Positions 14,382-24,275 of a stretch of DNA of 64,000 bases are shown here, piece after piece. Each line of letters begins with the position of its first letter. The first letter of the stretch is position 1. Position numbers and translations under genes: made by a program. This DNA comes from an uncultured bacterium (GTDB lineage: Bacteria > Patescibacteriota > Andersenbacteria > UBA10190 > CAIZMI01): assembly GCA_903934015.1 (NCBI GenBank), contig CAIZMI010000015.1, positions 424-64,423 of the forward strand. Direction: 5' to 3'. The notes beneath the pieces are model-generated. The model was not told where the DNA came from and made no database searches. It was given only the letters and a program-made list of their open reading frames with translations.

Positions 14382-14408
14382 ACCGCCAGACGCACTGGTG
14401 GTTTTTTT
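14382..14408 (+). terminator. Rho-independent terminator
   Basis: ACCGCCAG-acgca-CTGGTGGT followed by a T tract. Confidence 0.7.
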
Positions 14409-14432
14409 ATTTTCGCGAGTACGCGAAAACAA

Positions 14433-14460
14433 TCCCCCATAGCTTTAGCGAAGGAAGGAT
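14433..14460. repeat. CC..AGCTTTAGCGA..GG palindromic repeat
   Basis: Shares the AGCTTTAGCGA core with 49506-49530; a related copy lies at 22403-22433. Confidence 0.55.
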
Positions 14461-14584
14461 GCATGCAATTTTAGAGATGATCCTTTAAGTAATCGCGAAA
14501 TAACCGCGTGGGACGTGAGTGCGAAAAACTTATACGTCCTTTATGCGGTTGTTTTTATTCTGACCATGGTCGGACCCTGGTCTA

Positions 14585-15589
14585 TTACCAAGATTTTACC
14601 AATTCAATCGCTTCTTCTTCATTTTCAATCCAGACAATGTTGGGTTCTTTCTTGAGCCAAGTTAATTGTCGTCTTGAGTATTGCCAGTTGGCATTGATAA
14701 CTTTTTGTCTTCCTGCTTCCAACGATTCTTCGCCACGCAGAAATGGAAAAAGTTCGCGGTAGGCGATTGCTTGAAGGCCCGGCGCCTGCTCGCCGTATTG
14801 TTTTATCAGGGTTCTTATTTCTTCTACGAGTCCTAATTCGAGTTGTTTGTCGACGCGCTGAGTGATGAGGTCGCGCAAATTTTCGGGTTGGCGATGGATG
14901 GCGATTTTGAGAATATTAAAATCAGGCGTTGGTGGTAATGCGGTCTCGTGTAGGGGAAATTCATGAATTGCCCCAGCGGACGCGGAACTCGGGAGATTGC
15001 TTCGGCTCGCCTGCGGGCGGCCTCGCAAAGACGACGCATAGTTTGCTATCTCTAAAGCTCGAATTACTCGTCTTGGATTTTTTAAATCAATACGCTCGGC
15101 CAATATCGGATCTTTTTGAAGTAAATCATTCGCCAGATTTTCCACTGGTTGTTTGTTTGCCCATTCTCTAAAAACAAAATCCGGCGGTACTGATGCAAAG
15201 TTCTTCTTCTCGGTAAGTGCGCGAATATAAAAACCCGTTCCACCGATTACAATCGGTAGGTGGTTGTTCTCATGAATTTTCGCGATCACTTTTGTTGCAT
15301 CGTTTACAAAATCCGCTGCCGAATATGGTTGGTTTGGTGTAATTGTATCGATAAGGTAGTGGGGCATTGAATTGTATTCAATCGGTTCAAGTGGCGAACT
15401 GGCAATTTTTCCCCGTGAAACAATTTTGTCCGTGCCAATATTCATGCCAAAATAAACCTGACGCGAGTCGGCAGAAATAATTTCTCCCTGGAATTGCTCG
15501 GCCAACACTAAAGACAATTGGGTCTTGCCTGATGCGGTTGGGCCCATGATTGTTAGGAGTGGTTTTGGGGCTGGTTGATATGTATTCAT
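14585..15589 (-). CDS. miaA: tRNA dimethylallyltransferase (with in-frame repeat-derived insertion)
   Basis: GPTASGKT, EIISADSRQVY, IGTDK, GGTGFY, RRVIRALE, RRQLTW. Confidence 0.96.
   Translation of the reverse strand: MNTYQPAPKPLLTIMGPTASGKTQLSLVLAEQFQGEIISADSRQVYFGMNIGTDKIVSRGKIASSPLEPIEYNSMPHYLIDTITPNQPYSAADFVNDATKVIAKIHENNHLPIVIGGTGFYIRALTEKKNFASVPPDFVFREWANKQPVENLANDLLQKDPILAERIDLKNPRRVIRALEIANYASSLRGRPQASRSNLPSSASAGAIHEFPLHETALPPTPDFNILKIAIHRQPENLRDLITQRVDKQLELGLVEEIRTLIKQYGEQAPGLQAIAYRELFPFLRGEESLEAGRQKVINANWQYSRRQLTWLKKEPNIVWIENEEEAIELVKSW
14950..15036. repeat. Two palindromic repeats inside miaA
   Basis: GTAGGGGAAATTCATGAATTGCCCC (14950-14974) and GAGATTGCTTCG...CTCGCAAAGACGACG (14993-15036). 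Confidence 0.75.
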
Positions 15590-15609
15590 GCAGATGATTC
15601 GTATCGTAT

Positions 15610-15703
15610 CCTCCCTTTATTCAAAGGGAGGCGGGGAGGGATTAGTTTGGTTGAGTACAATATGCAGAATCCACTCTCGCCCTCCTTTGAAAAAAGGAGG
15701 GAA
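15610..15703. repeat. Inverted pair of CCTCC(C)TTT..AAAGG(G)AGG palindromes
   Basis: Copies at 15610-15643 and 15668-15703; a third at 34490-34524. Confidence 0.65.
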
Positions 15704-15752
15704 TACCTCGTTCGTATCTATATAAAGTAATCGATGTGATAGAATAAGCAAT

Positions 15753-16313
15753 ATGAAGCTAATTCGTCTGATTATTTCATTGGTGGTCCTGTTTTTGTTA
15801 GTCTGGGTCATGTTGATCTGGGGATTGCCTATGATTGTGACGAATAGTCCAATTTTTTGTGAGCGATGGAAATTGACAACCGGTATTTGTGCACCGGATG
15901 CGTTAAATAAGGTGCAGGGAATCAGCAATTGGACAAAAAAGAATGTTCCGTTATCGACGGATAATTTTGCCGGTAAGATATTAAGTGACGCCTATGTGGG
16001 GTTGAATGTGTTAGAAAATTCTGCTCGCGACAAACTTGGAAATGACAAGGTTAATTTGGCCTTGGATAATGTTGATAAGGGGATTAAAAGCACCGAAACA
16101 ATTTTATCCAAACAAGGATTCGGCAGTAAACTGCAGGATATCCCGGAAAATGCTCAATACGTTTTACAACAAGCGCGGACTGCTTTGGAACAACTTCGGA
16201 ATGTTTTTGATAAAACACAACGTCGCACCGAAGATGTGACAAATGCGGTGAATAACACCAAGAAAGCGCTAGATGCTTTGTCGAGTGTTTTGCCGAGCGC
16301 GACACCGAAATAG
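15753..16313 (+). CDS. Hypothetical membrane-anchored helical protein
   Basis: N-terminal TM helix and coiled-coil C-terminus. Confidence 0.7.
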   Translation: MKLIRLIISLVVLFLLVWVMLIWGLPMIVTNSPIFCERWKLTTGICAPDALNKVQGISNWTKKNVPLSTDNFAGKILSDAYVGLNVLENSARDKLGNDKVNLALDNVDKGIKSTETILSKQGFGSKLQDIPENAQYVLQQARTALEQLRNVFDKTQRRTEDVTNAVNNTKKALDALSSVLPSATPK

Positions 16314-16383
16314 TATGTTGTATGCGGTATTTAGTATGCTGTATTCGTGACGCGATACAACATACAGCATACAAAAAGGTTAT

Positions 16384-18141
16384 TTATTCGAAAGAAATCT
16401 TTTTTTCGTCAATAGCTTTTTTGAGTAGTTCAATAGTCTGGTCTATCGTCAACACTCCACCGTCTTTTTTGCCGTGCATGCGCAAGGCAATGGTTTTGGC
16501 TTGCATTTCGCGATCACCAACAACAGCAATGACTGGAATTTTCTTTATTTCGTTGTCGCGAATTTTTTTGCCAATCTTTTCGTTGCGTTCATCGACTTGA
16601 GCGCGAATGCCGACTTTCTTTAATTCAACGGCAACTTGTTTGGCATAATCCAGTTGTGCTTCACCGATTGGGAGAACGGAAACTTGTACCGGGGCGAGCC
16701 ATAGCGGGAAGTGGCCAGCCATATGTTCGATTAAAATTGAGAGAAATCGTTCAATGGAACCCATAATTGCGGCGTGAATCATGACGATGCGTTCTTCTTT
16801 GCCTTCTTCATTGTGACAAAAAAGATTAAAGCGTTCCGGCATGTTGAGATCAAGCTGGATTGTTGCCACTTGCCACTGACGTCCAAGAGAATCTTGGGCC
16901 ATAAAGTCTAATTTGGGTCCATAGAAAGCGGCTTCGCCCAAACCTTCAAACCAGTCAACGTTTTTCTCGGTAACAATCTCACGCAAAACAGTTTCGGCGT
17001 ACTCCCAGCGCTTGGCATCGCCAAGATATTTTTCAGGTTGTTTTGGGTCGTGAATAGAGAGTCTTACTTTTAAGTTAAATCCGAAAACTCCATAGAATTC
17101 ATGTACGATATCCCAAATTTTGAGAAATTCTTCTTTTGCTTGGGTTGGGCGACAGAAAACGTGCGCATCATCTTGTGTAAAACTGCGGGCACGCGAAAGT
17201 CCTGAAAGTTCGCCGGATTGTTCGTCGCGGTAGCACATCGTGGAATTGGCGTAGCGTTGTGGCAGTTCACGATAGCTCCACGCTTTACGGGCGTAGATTT
17301 GCGTATGGTGTGGGCAGTTCATTGGTTTCATTGCGAATTCATGGCCCTCGCGCGTGGTGATGCGGAATAGTTCATCTTTAAATTTGTCCCAATGACCACT
17401 GACTTCGTATAGTTCCTTCTTGGTGATGTGGGGAATTTCCACTTTTTCGTAACCGCGTGCGTCACGCAGTTCCCACACAAAATTGTCGAGTAATGTGCGA
17501 AGCATCATGCCGTTTGGTGTCCAGAGGGGAAGACCACTGCCAACCAAGTCGGAAAAAACAAACAGGTCCAGTTCACGACCGAGCTTTTTGTGGTCACGTT
17601 TTTCTGCTTCTACGAGCATTGTTATGTAAGCTTCCAATTCTTCTTTTGTTGCGAAAGCCACACCGTAAATACGGGTCAACATTTTATTCTTTTCATCTCC
17701 ACGCCAGTACGCACCGGCAACCTTAATCAGTTTGAAAGCGTCGGGATTAATTTCTTTAGTATTTTTTACGTGCGGGCCACCACAAAGATTATCGAACGAG
17801 CCAGAGAGATAGAAACTAACATTTTTTTCACCTTTCGTTCTTAATCCTTCGATTAGTTCTGTCTTGTACGGATCATTTTTGTAGGCTTTTAGTGCTTCAT
17901 CGAACTCGACGTTGTGTTGCTTAAATTCGATTTCTTCGGCAATCATCTCCCGCATTCTTTTTTCTAACTTTAGGAATAGATCTTGATTGATTGTTTCGGG
18001 TAGATCGTAATCTTGGTAAAAACCGTTTTCGATCACTGGACCAACACCCAATCCGGCTGTGGGGTAAAGCTCGGTTATTGCCATACTCATTAAATGAGAT
18101 AAAGAGTGGCGAATTGGTTCGATTGGAGTTTCGTTTGACAT
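16384..18141 (-). CDS. thrS: Threonine--tRNA ligase (no TGS domain)
   Basis: RHSLSHL, LCGGPH, GAYWRG, KPMNCPHH, GEAAFYGPK, IHAAIMGSIERF. Confidence 0.98.
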   Translation of the reverse strand: MSNETPIEPIRHSLSHLMSMAITELYPTAGLGVGPVIENGFYQDYDLPETINQDLFLKLEKRMREMIAEEIEFKQHNVEFDEALKAYKNDPYKTELIEGLRTKGEKNVSFYLSGSFDNLCGGPHVKNTKEINPDAFKLIKVAGAYWRGDEKNKMLTRIYGVAFATKEELEAYITMLVEAEKRDHKKLGRELDLFVFSDLVGSGLPLWTPNGMMLRTLLDNFVWELRDARGYEKVEIPHITKKELYEVSGHWDKFKDELFRITTREGHEFAMKPMNCPHHTQIYARKAWSYRELPQRYANSTMCYRDEQSGELSGLSRARSFTQDDAHVFCRPTQAKEEFLKIWDIVHEFYGVFGFNLKVRLSIHDPKQPEKYLGDAKRWEYAETVLREIVTEKNVDWFEGLGEAAFYGPKLDFMAQDSLGRQWQVATIQLDLNMPERFNLFCHNEEGKEERIVMIHAAIMGSIERFLSILIEHMAGHFPLWLAPVQVSVLPIGEAQLDYAKQVAVELKKVGIRAQVDERNEKIGKKIRDNEIKKIPVIAVVGDREMQAKTIALRMHGKKDGGVLTIDQTIELLKKAIDEKKISFE

Positions 18142-18178
18142 GTAAAGACTATAGCAAGTGGGAGGCGATTAGAAAAGG

Positions 18179-18228
18179 ACTTTAAGGAGTATCCCTAAAG
18201 TTGCAACTTTAGGGATACTCCTTAAAGT
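18179..18228. repeat. Perfect 50-bp palindrome (ACTTTAAGG family)
   Basis: ACTTTAAGGAGTATCCCTAAAGTTG/CAACTTTAGGGATACTCCTTAAAGT; related to 28393-28446 and 18811-18834. Confidence 0.85.
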
Positions 18229-18309
18229 GGCTTAAAGTGGACAAAATAAGTAACAAGGTGTAAAAAACGAGGTGGCGTTGGTTCGTTATTAATTTCTGCG
18301 GGGTGAAAT

Positions 18310-18678
18310 ATGTCAGAATCACAAGAAGAGTCCGGTTTTTGCCTAGACGGCCTAGACGGCCTTGGGCGCAGACGGCGAAGAGATCTTGTATGTGGTCGGG
18401 GAATAGGGGTTCTTCCGCCGGCAGTTGCGAGCGAAGAAGGAAGTGATGTTTCAGGAGCAACCAGGAGTTCATTTGCCGTAGAGATGCGCGGGCTGACATT
18501 GGTTTTTCATGCCTGCATTACGGTCGTTTTGTTGACCTGGGCTATTATCACTTTGGTCGGTGATTACGAAACAGTCTCTAAGGCATTCGCCTGTTTTGTG
18601 GTTTTGTGTGCTATGCCGGTACAACTGTTGACAGCGTATGTGTTGTGTCGCTTGCCGGTTTCTGGGTCGAAAAAATAG
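18310..18678 (+). CDS. Hypothetical two-TM protein
   Basis: GGGGTG SD-like motif, two hydrophobic segments, downstream hairpin plus T tract at 18681-18710. Confidence 0.5.
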   Translation: MSESQEESGFCLDGLDGLGRRRRRDLVCGRGIGVLPPAVASEEGSDVSGATRSSFAVEMRGLTLVFHACITVVLLTWAIITLVGDYETVSKAFACFVVLCAMPVQLLTAYVLCRLPVSGSKK

Positions 18679-18827
18679 TTACCGTTCGTCGTCTGACGCG
18701 CGGTTTTTTTATTTTATTTTGTTATCAAACAAAATAAAATAACCCTGAGCGACAAGCCCAACTGGGCGAGGAGTCGAAGGGTGTATCAGTCATGGGCGAG
18801 CCTTGCTCTTTACTTCAGGGGTGACCC

Positions 18828-21800
18828 TTAAAGTTCTTCCACTGCCGGTTCAAACTTGTGTTGAATTACCGGTTTTGCTTCCTCTACTTTTATGCAGTTC
18901 GGTCCTAAAATATTTCCAAATAGGTTTTGGAGAAATGGGGTATAAGTAATCAGATAGGATGTTTTTAACAAATCTTTTTGGTTTTCTTTTTGGATTTCCA
19001 AGAAGACAGCAGTGCGACCTTTGCCGACTTTTTCCAGAATGGCTTTTAAGTCCATGAAAGTGCGTTTTGTCGCACTGACCGGAACACTGATAGTGATGCT
19101 GATTGGTGGCTTTTCATCAAACACAGCTTTGTTTTTGAGAGGCTTTGGAGGATTGGCCGGGTCGTATTCGACGGCTGAATCAGCCAAAATTTTTGGTACG
19201 CCGTCTTTGTCGCTGACACGACCCTCAATAATCAAAACTTTATCTTCCAACCAAAGATCTTGTGATGTTTCTAATAGTTTTGCAAACACTAAAACTTCCA
19301 GTGAACCGGAACGGTCTTCGACGGTGGCAAAAGCCATGGCTTTTTGGGTGCGGGTGATGATTTTTTTAATGGTTGTAATAATTCCGCCAATCTTCACTTT
19401 TTCGTTTGAATTATGAATAGTTATGTCGGCAATTTGTGTAGTGGCCTCCGCAAGAGCCGGGGCAATATCCATTAACGGGTGACCGGAAATAAATAATCCC
19501 AATAATTCTTTTTCCCAACTAAGTCGTTGTTTTTGCGTGGCCGGTTCGACAGATTTAAGAGTAACTTTTGGTCTGGCCACTTCGGCTGGCATCATCCCAA
19601 AGAGGTTAGCTTGGTTGGTTAAAAGTTGTTTTCCAATATCGCGGTTGAAATTCAAAAGGGTGTCGGTATTTTCCAGAATTTGATTGCGTTCGGCGAGCGT
19701 GTCGAAGGCTCCGGCTTTGGCTAAGCTTTCCACCGACTTTTTATTAAGATCACGCGAATGCACTCGCGAAAAGAAATCGATTAGATCTTTGAACGGTCCT
19801 GCCTTTTCACGTTCGGCAATAATTGCTTCAACAATGTGTTCGCCGACATTTTTAACTGTGTGCAGTCCAAAACGAATTTCATCTTTTGGAATTTGATCAT
19901 TTGCTTTTAAAACCGTAAAACCTTTATGTGAAAAATTTACATCCGGCGGTAATACGGGAATTTCCATCCGCTTACACTCATTGATAATAATCGCGATCTT
20001 TTCTATATCACCGGATTCGGCGGAAAGTACGGCACACATGTATTCAGCAGGGAAGTTGGCTTTCATGTAAGCTGTTTGGAACGCGACGCGTCCATAGCAA
20101 GCGGCATGGGCCTTGTTAAAACCGTAACCTTGAAACGGTTCGAATAAATTCCAAATTGCTTCGGCTTGGTCTTTCGTTAAATTGCTGTTTTTTTGACAAC
20201 CTTCAACGAAGATTATGTGTTGTTTTGCCATTTCGGCCGGAATCTTTTTTCCGATGGCTTTTCTGAATTTATCGACCGTCTCCCAGTTGTAGCCGGCCAG
20301 TTCCAAGGCGGTGAACATTAAATCGTCCTGATAAACCAAAATGCCATAAGATTTGGCCAAGAAATTTTGCGCTTTCGGGTGGAAATATTTGATTGGGCTA
20401 CGGCCTTGTTTTCGCGCAATGTATTCCGGGATGTTATTCATTGGGCCCGGACGGTAGAGTGCCACCATGGCGTTGATGTCGTGGATTGTTGATGGTTTCA
20501 GGTCCATTAAATGTTTTGTCATACCCTCGCCGTTAAGTTGAAACAATCCTTCCGTTTCGCCTTTTGCTAGCATTTCAAAAGTTTTTTTATCGTCGAAGGG
20601 GATGCGTTCGATATCTATTTTAATATTGTGGTGCTGTTTTACTAACCGCACGGCGTCTTCCAGGATTGCCAAGTTGCGAATACCCAAGAAGTCGAGCTTG
20701 GTTAAGCCCACTCCGTCTTCGCCAACGGTGTACATGTCATATTGCGTAATGCGTCGATCACCGTCTTTCGGATCAAGTTGGATCGGGACATATTCGACCA
20801 AGGGCCTTGGGGCGATGACGACGCCGGCGGCATGTACGGAAACGTGGCGCATTGTACCTTCAAGTTTGCGGGAAATATCCAAAATGTGTTTGATTTCCGG
20901 ATCGTTGTCGTAAAGTTTCTTTAGTTCCGGTTCGATTTCCATGGCGTGATCGATCGTCATTGGGAAACCCTGTGAACCCATTGGAATAAGTTTTGCTACG
21001 CGGTCACCCAGTTCGTAAGGTTTATTTAGGGCTCTGGCCACATCACGCACCGCGCCACGGGCCATCATTGTTCCGAATGTTCCAATTTGGGCCACTTTGT
21101 CGTCGCCGTATTTTTGTTTGGCATATTCAATTACTTCGCCTCTTCGGTTATCCGCAAAATCCATATCGATATCGGGCGCGGATGGGCGGAAAGGGTTTAA
21201 GAAACGTTCAAAGGGGAGTTGAAATTCAATTGGGTTAACATTTGTAATTCCAGAAAGATAGGCAACCAGTGATCCGGCAGCCGAGCCACGAACCGTTGTG
21301 TAAATATCCGATTTGCGCGCGAAACGCAGTAAGTCGGCAACCACCAAAAAATAAGGGGCGTAGTTTTTTTGTTTAATGACATCTAGTTCGTATTTGCGTC
21401 TTTCATCTGTTGCGGTGTCATTGGTTAAACCGTGAAAAGTCATCCCTTTTTGTGTTAATTCATCAAGCATTTGGTCAGCCGTTTTTCCTTCTTCCAGTGC
21501 AAAGTCTGGGAAAATGAATTTTCCAAGGGTTAGTTCAATATTGCAACGATCGGCGATAACTTTTGTGTTGGTAACGGCTTCCGGAATATCAGAAAACCAT
21601 TCCATTGCTTCTTCGGTGGAAATAAAATGGTAATGACCTTTTCCTGCAAAAATTCCCGTATCACCGACATCGGTATTGGTAGAAATGGCGACGAGTGTCT
21701 TGTGTGCTTCGGCGTCATCTGGGCGGAGGTAATGCGAATCTTGCGTGGCAACCAAGGGAATATTTAATTCGCGGGAAAGCTCGATTAACATAAAACGCCA

Positions 21801-22358
21801 TTTTTCAAAATTATCCACATCCGGATGGTGCATAATTTCCAGATAGTAATTTTCGACACCAAAAATTTCTTGATATTCACGGATAACTTGGATTGCCTTT
21901 TCTTTTCCTTCGCCGGTGATAGCGCGTCCTACTTCGCTTCCGATACAACCGGACAAGGCGATAATGCCTTCGTGATTTGCGCGGAGTAATTCTTTGTCGA
22001 CACGGGGTTTGTAGTAATAACCGTCGAGGTGAGCTGTTGTAACCAGCTTAATTAAATTTTTATAACCGGTCATGTCTTTGGCTAAGAGAGTTAGGTGATA
22101 ACGGCGATTATCAATACCTGTTTCTTTTTGCGTGTGACTGCGATTGGCAACGTAGGTTTCGACACCGATAATTGGTTTGATGCCGTTTTTTTTGCAGGTG
22201 GAATAAAAATCGATGATGCCATACATCGCGCCGTGATCGGTAAGACCAATGGCGGACATATTAAGTTCCTTCGCGCGCTTAACCATATCGTCCACCTTAG
22301 AAAGACCATCCAAGAGGGAATAGTGGGAATGAGTGTGTAAATGGATAAACTCTGGCAT
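18828..22358 (-). CDS. dnaE: DNA polymerase III alpha subunit
   Basis: HLHTHSHYSLLDG PHP domain, RGSAAGS, PDIDMDF, HAAGVVI, KLDFLG, YGFNKAH, OB fold. Confidence 0.98.
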   Translation of the reverse strand: MPEFIHLHTHSHYSLLDGLSKVDDMVKRAKELNMSAIGLTDHGAMYGIIDFYSTCKKNGIKPIIGVETYVANRSHTQKETGIDNRRYHLTLLAKDMTGYKNLIKLVTTAHLDGYYYKPRVDKELLRANHEGIIALSGCIGSEVGRAITGEGKEKAIQVIREYQEIFGVENYYLEIMHHPDVDNFEKWRFMLIELSRELNIPLVATQDSHYLRPDDAEAHKTLVAISTNTDVGDTGIFAGKGHYHFISTEEAMEWFSDIPEAVTNTKVIADRCNIELTLGKFIFPDFALEEGKTADQMLDELTQKGMTFHGLTNDTATDERRKYELDVIKQKNYAPYFLVVADLLRFARKSDIYTTVRGSAAGSLVAYLSGITNVNPIEFQLPFERFLNPFRPSAPDIDMDFADNRRGEVIEYAKQKYGDDKVAQIGTFGTMMARGAVRDVARALNKPYELGDRVAKLIPMGSQGFPMTIDHAMEIEPELKKLYDNDPEIKHILDISRKLEGTMRHVSVHAAGVVIAPRPLVEYVPIQLDPKDGDRRITQYDMYTVGEDGVGLTKLDFLGIRNLAILEDAVRLVKQHHNIKIDIERIPFDDKKTFEMLAKGETEGLFQLNGEGMTKHLMDLKPSTIHDINAMVALYRPGPMNNIPEYIARKQGRSPIKYFHPKAQNFLAKSYGILVYQDDLMFTALELAGYNWETVDKFRKAIGKKIPAEMAKQHIIFVEGCQKNSNLTKDQAEAIWNLFEPFQGYGFNKAHAACYGRVAFQTAYMKANFPAEYMCAVLSAESGDIEKIAIIINECKRMEIPVLPPDVNFSHKGFTVLKANDQIPKDEIRFGLHTVKNVGEHIVEAIIAEREKAGPFKDLIDFFSRVHSRDLNKKSVESLAKAGAFDTLAERNQILENTDTLLNFNRDIGKQLLTNQANLFGMMPAEVARPKVTLKSVEPATQKQRLSWEKELLGLFISGHPLMDIAPALAEATTQIADITIHNSNEKVKIGGIITTIKKIITRTQKAMAFATVEDRSGSLEVLVFAKLLETSQDLWLEDKVLIIEGRVSDKDGVPKILADSAVEYDPANPPKPLKNKAVFDEKPPISITISVPVSATKRTFMDLKAILEKVGKGRTAVFLEIQKENQKDLLKTSYLITYTPFLQNLFGNILGPNCIKVEEAKPVIQHKFEPAVEEL

Positions 22359-22366
22359 TTTATTTT

Positions 22367-22459
22367 TTATTTAACTTGTAGAAAAGGATAGTGAGAGGCT
22401 TGCCCCTCGTAGCTCGCCGAAGCGAGCGAAGTGGTGTGGAGGTGAATAAACTCAGGCAT
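22367..22459 (-). pseudogene. Remnant duplicate of the dnaE 5' end with an in-frame palindrome insertion
   Basis: Translates as MPEFIHLHT-TSLASASYEGQA-SHYPFLQVK*, compared with DnaE MPEFIHLHTHSHYSLL; differences in the first codons are synonymous. Confidence 0.8.
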
Positions 22460-22490
22460 TTTTAGAATCCCCATGAAGAAAAATATTTAA

Positions 22491-22607
22491 CGTCGTCTTT
22501 GCGAGCCATTGACCATTCGTGAGAATGGGCAAGGCGTGGCAATCTCCAGTGTTGAAAGTTGAAGAGATTTCTTCGCCTCGCTTGAAAGCGATGGTTCGCA
22601 ATGACGG
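22491..22607. repeat. GTCTTTGCGAG...GCAATCT / GAGATT..TTCG...GCAATGACG composite palindrome
   Basis: Homologous copies at 24276-24400 and 29552-29675; half copies at 14993-15036 and 35705-35743. Confidence 0.85.
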
Positions 22608-22775
22608 AAGTGTTTTCCATGAATTTTCATCTTACCAAGCCCCACTAAATTGCACTATTGACAATTTGGGTGGTTTGGAGCATAATAACATGTTCTTTGT
22701 TAGGTATGTGTCAATTGAACGAGTAACAATTAGTGTCTGTTAATCGTGTCACAACTCTCTGAAGGAGATCTATCG

Positions 22776-23198
22776 ATGGATGTGAAGGCTCTATCGCGAC
22801 GCAAAATGGTTTTTGTTGTTCTTGACGGAAAACAAAGAAAGAGCGTCAAGGTGAGTGGTGAAGACCTGTGCTATCTGACAATCGATGAGGGAGTAATCCT
22901 TTTTTGTGAACAGATCACATCAGCGGACATTTTTCCACCTGGTCGCCTATTTATTCTCGGGAGAGCGGAACATGTTAATGATCGTGTGTTGAATGTTTGT
23001 CCGGTTGTTGACGAAGGACGCTTTCTCTTGGAATTGCGAACCGTTTTGAATCGGGACGATGTCGGTCGAGTACATTTCTTTGGATCTTCCGAGCAAGATC
23101 CCGAGCTATGGGTTGATACGTTTTTCGCCGGTATCGAGCCATCTTGGGAGCAGAAGGTTCGTGCTCGCGAGTCCCGTGTCGCCGGTCGGGTCGACTGA
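22776..23198 (+). CDS. Hypothetical protein (orphan)
   Basis: TTGACA-17-CATAAT at 22658-22686, GAAGGAG SD, terminator at 23250-23279. Confidence 0.65.
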   Translation: MDVKALSRRKMVFVVLDGKQRKSVKVSGEDLCYLTIDEGVILFCEQITSADIFPPGRLFILGRAEHVNDRVLNVCPVVDEGRFLLELRTVLNRDDVGRVHFFGSSEQDPELWVDTFFAGIEPSWEQKVRARESRVAGRVD

Positions 23199-23287
23199 AT
23201 GATCTGGTGATACAAAATAGAGTTCGCCTTTCTGTAAACTGAATGGTCACACCCTGACGGACGTCGAGGGTGTTTTTTTATTGGTGA

Positions 23288-23403
23288 AATGACCAATACC
23301 CAATTCCCAATGAATGACCAATTTTTTAATGTCCAATTCGAAACCTTGGTCATTTGAAAATTAGTTATTGAGTGGATATTGGTCATTGTGGTTTGGTCAT
23401 TTG
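23288..23403. repeat. AT-rich degenerate ~7-mer inverted repeat
   Basis: AATGACC/AATACCC/AATTCCC... facing ...GGTCATT units. Confidence 0.65.
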
Positions 23404-23479
23404 CAAGCTTCAGTTGTTTGCGAATCAGACGGTATCACAATAATTTATTTTTTCGTCAAACTTTGGTAAACTGTTCTCA

Positions 23480-24271
23480 ATGGTTCTCAAACACCGAACA
23501 ATAAAACAAATAGTGATTGCGTGTATCTTCTTTGGTTTTTGGGGTTCGCTTGCCGGACTGATTTTTTGGTTGACTTACACACCGCCGGCGGCTGCGCCGC
23601 CAACTCCCAAGACTGCATTACCGTTGCAGGTGATTGCGACAAAAATTATTGCTACCACTCCCGGAAAGGGTGATTTGGTTGGAACACTGCGAAATCCAAA
23701 TCCAAACGCGGGGGCGGTACGTTTTCAGTATAAGTTTACAATTTCCGCTAACAGTCAAAATCCGCAGATTGTAACAGGCGAATCATTTATCTTGCCAAGT
23801 GATCAAAAATATTTGACGGCATTTAATTATGATATTCCGGCGGGGGCCACCGCAACATTAGAAGTAATTAATCCGCAGTGGGTGTTTGTTGATAGTACTT
23901 TCGCGCCACCGGAAATTGTATTGATTAATAAGCCGACGAATATTATTTCAGGTCCTACAATTGATACTTTTCAGTTGAAGGGATTGCTTGCTAATCAAAG
24001 TAATGTTGATTATACGCGCGTGGAAGTGACTATTGTCGGTTTGGACGCGCAGGGTGAAATGATTGGCGCGAGTAAGACTTTTATGGGCGCGTTCTTGTCG
24101 GCGGAGCGTCGCGAGTTTACCGCGCAGTGGCCGTTAAATAAGGGGGCAACGGTGTCGGATTTTAAAGTTGTTCCGGAAGTAAATGTCTTTTTGTCGGATG
24201 CGATTCAACAACGACAAGGGATTCAGGATATTCGCGATTTACAGAATCCTGCCATGCCAGCAGGGAACTAG
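23480..24271 (+). CDS. Membrane-anchored protein with Ig-like (FxLYD-type) domains
   Basis: N-terminal TM, Pro-rich linker, LRNPN and GLLANQS...DAQGEMIG beta-sandwich pattern. Confidence 0.65.
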   Translation: MVLKHRTIKQIVIACIFFGFWGSLAGLIFWLTYTPPAAAPPTPKTALPLQVIATKIIATTPGKGDLVGTLRNPNPNAGAVRFQYKFTISANSQNPQIVTGESFILPSDQKYLTAFNYDIPAGATATLEVINPQWVFVDSTFAPPEIVLINKPTNIISGPTIDTFQLKGLLANQSNVDYTRVEVTIVGLDAQGEMIGASKTFMGAFLSAERREFTAQWPLNKGATVSDFKVVPEVNVFLSDAIQQRQGIQDIRDLQNPAMPAGN

Positions 24272-24275
24272 TTGC

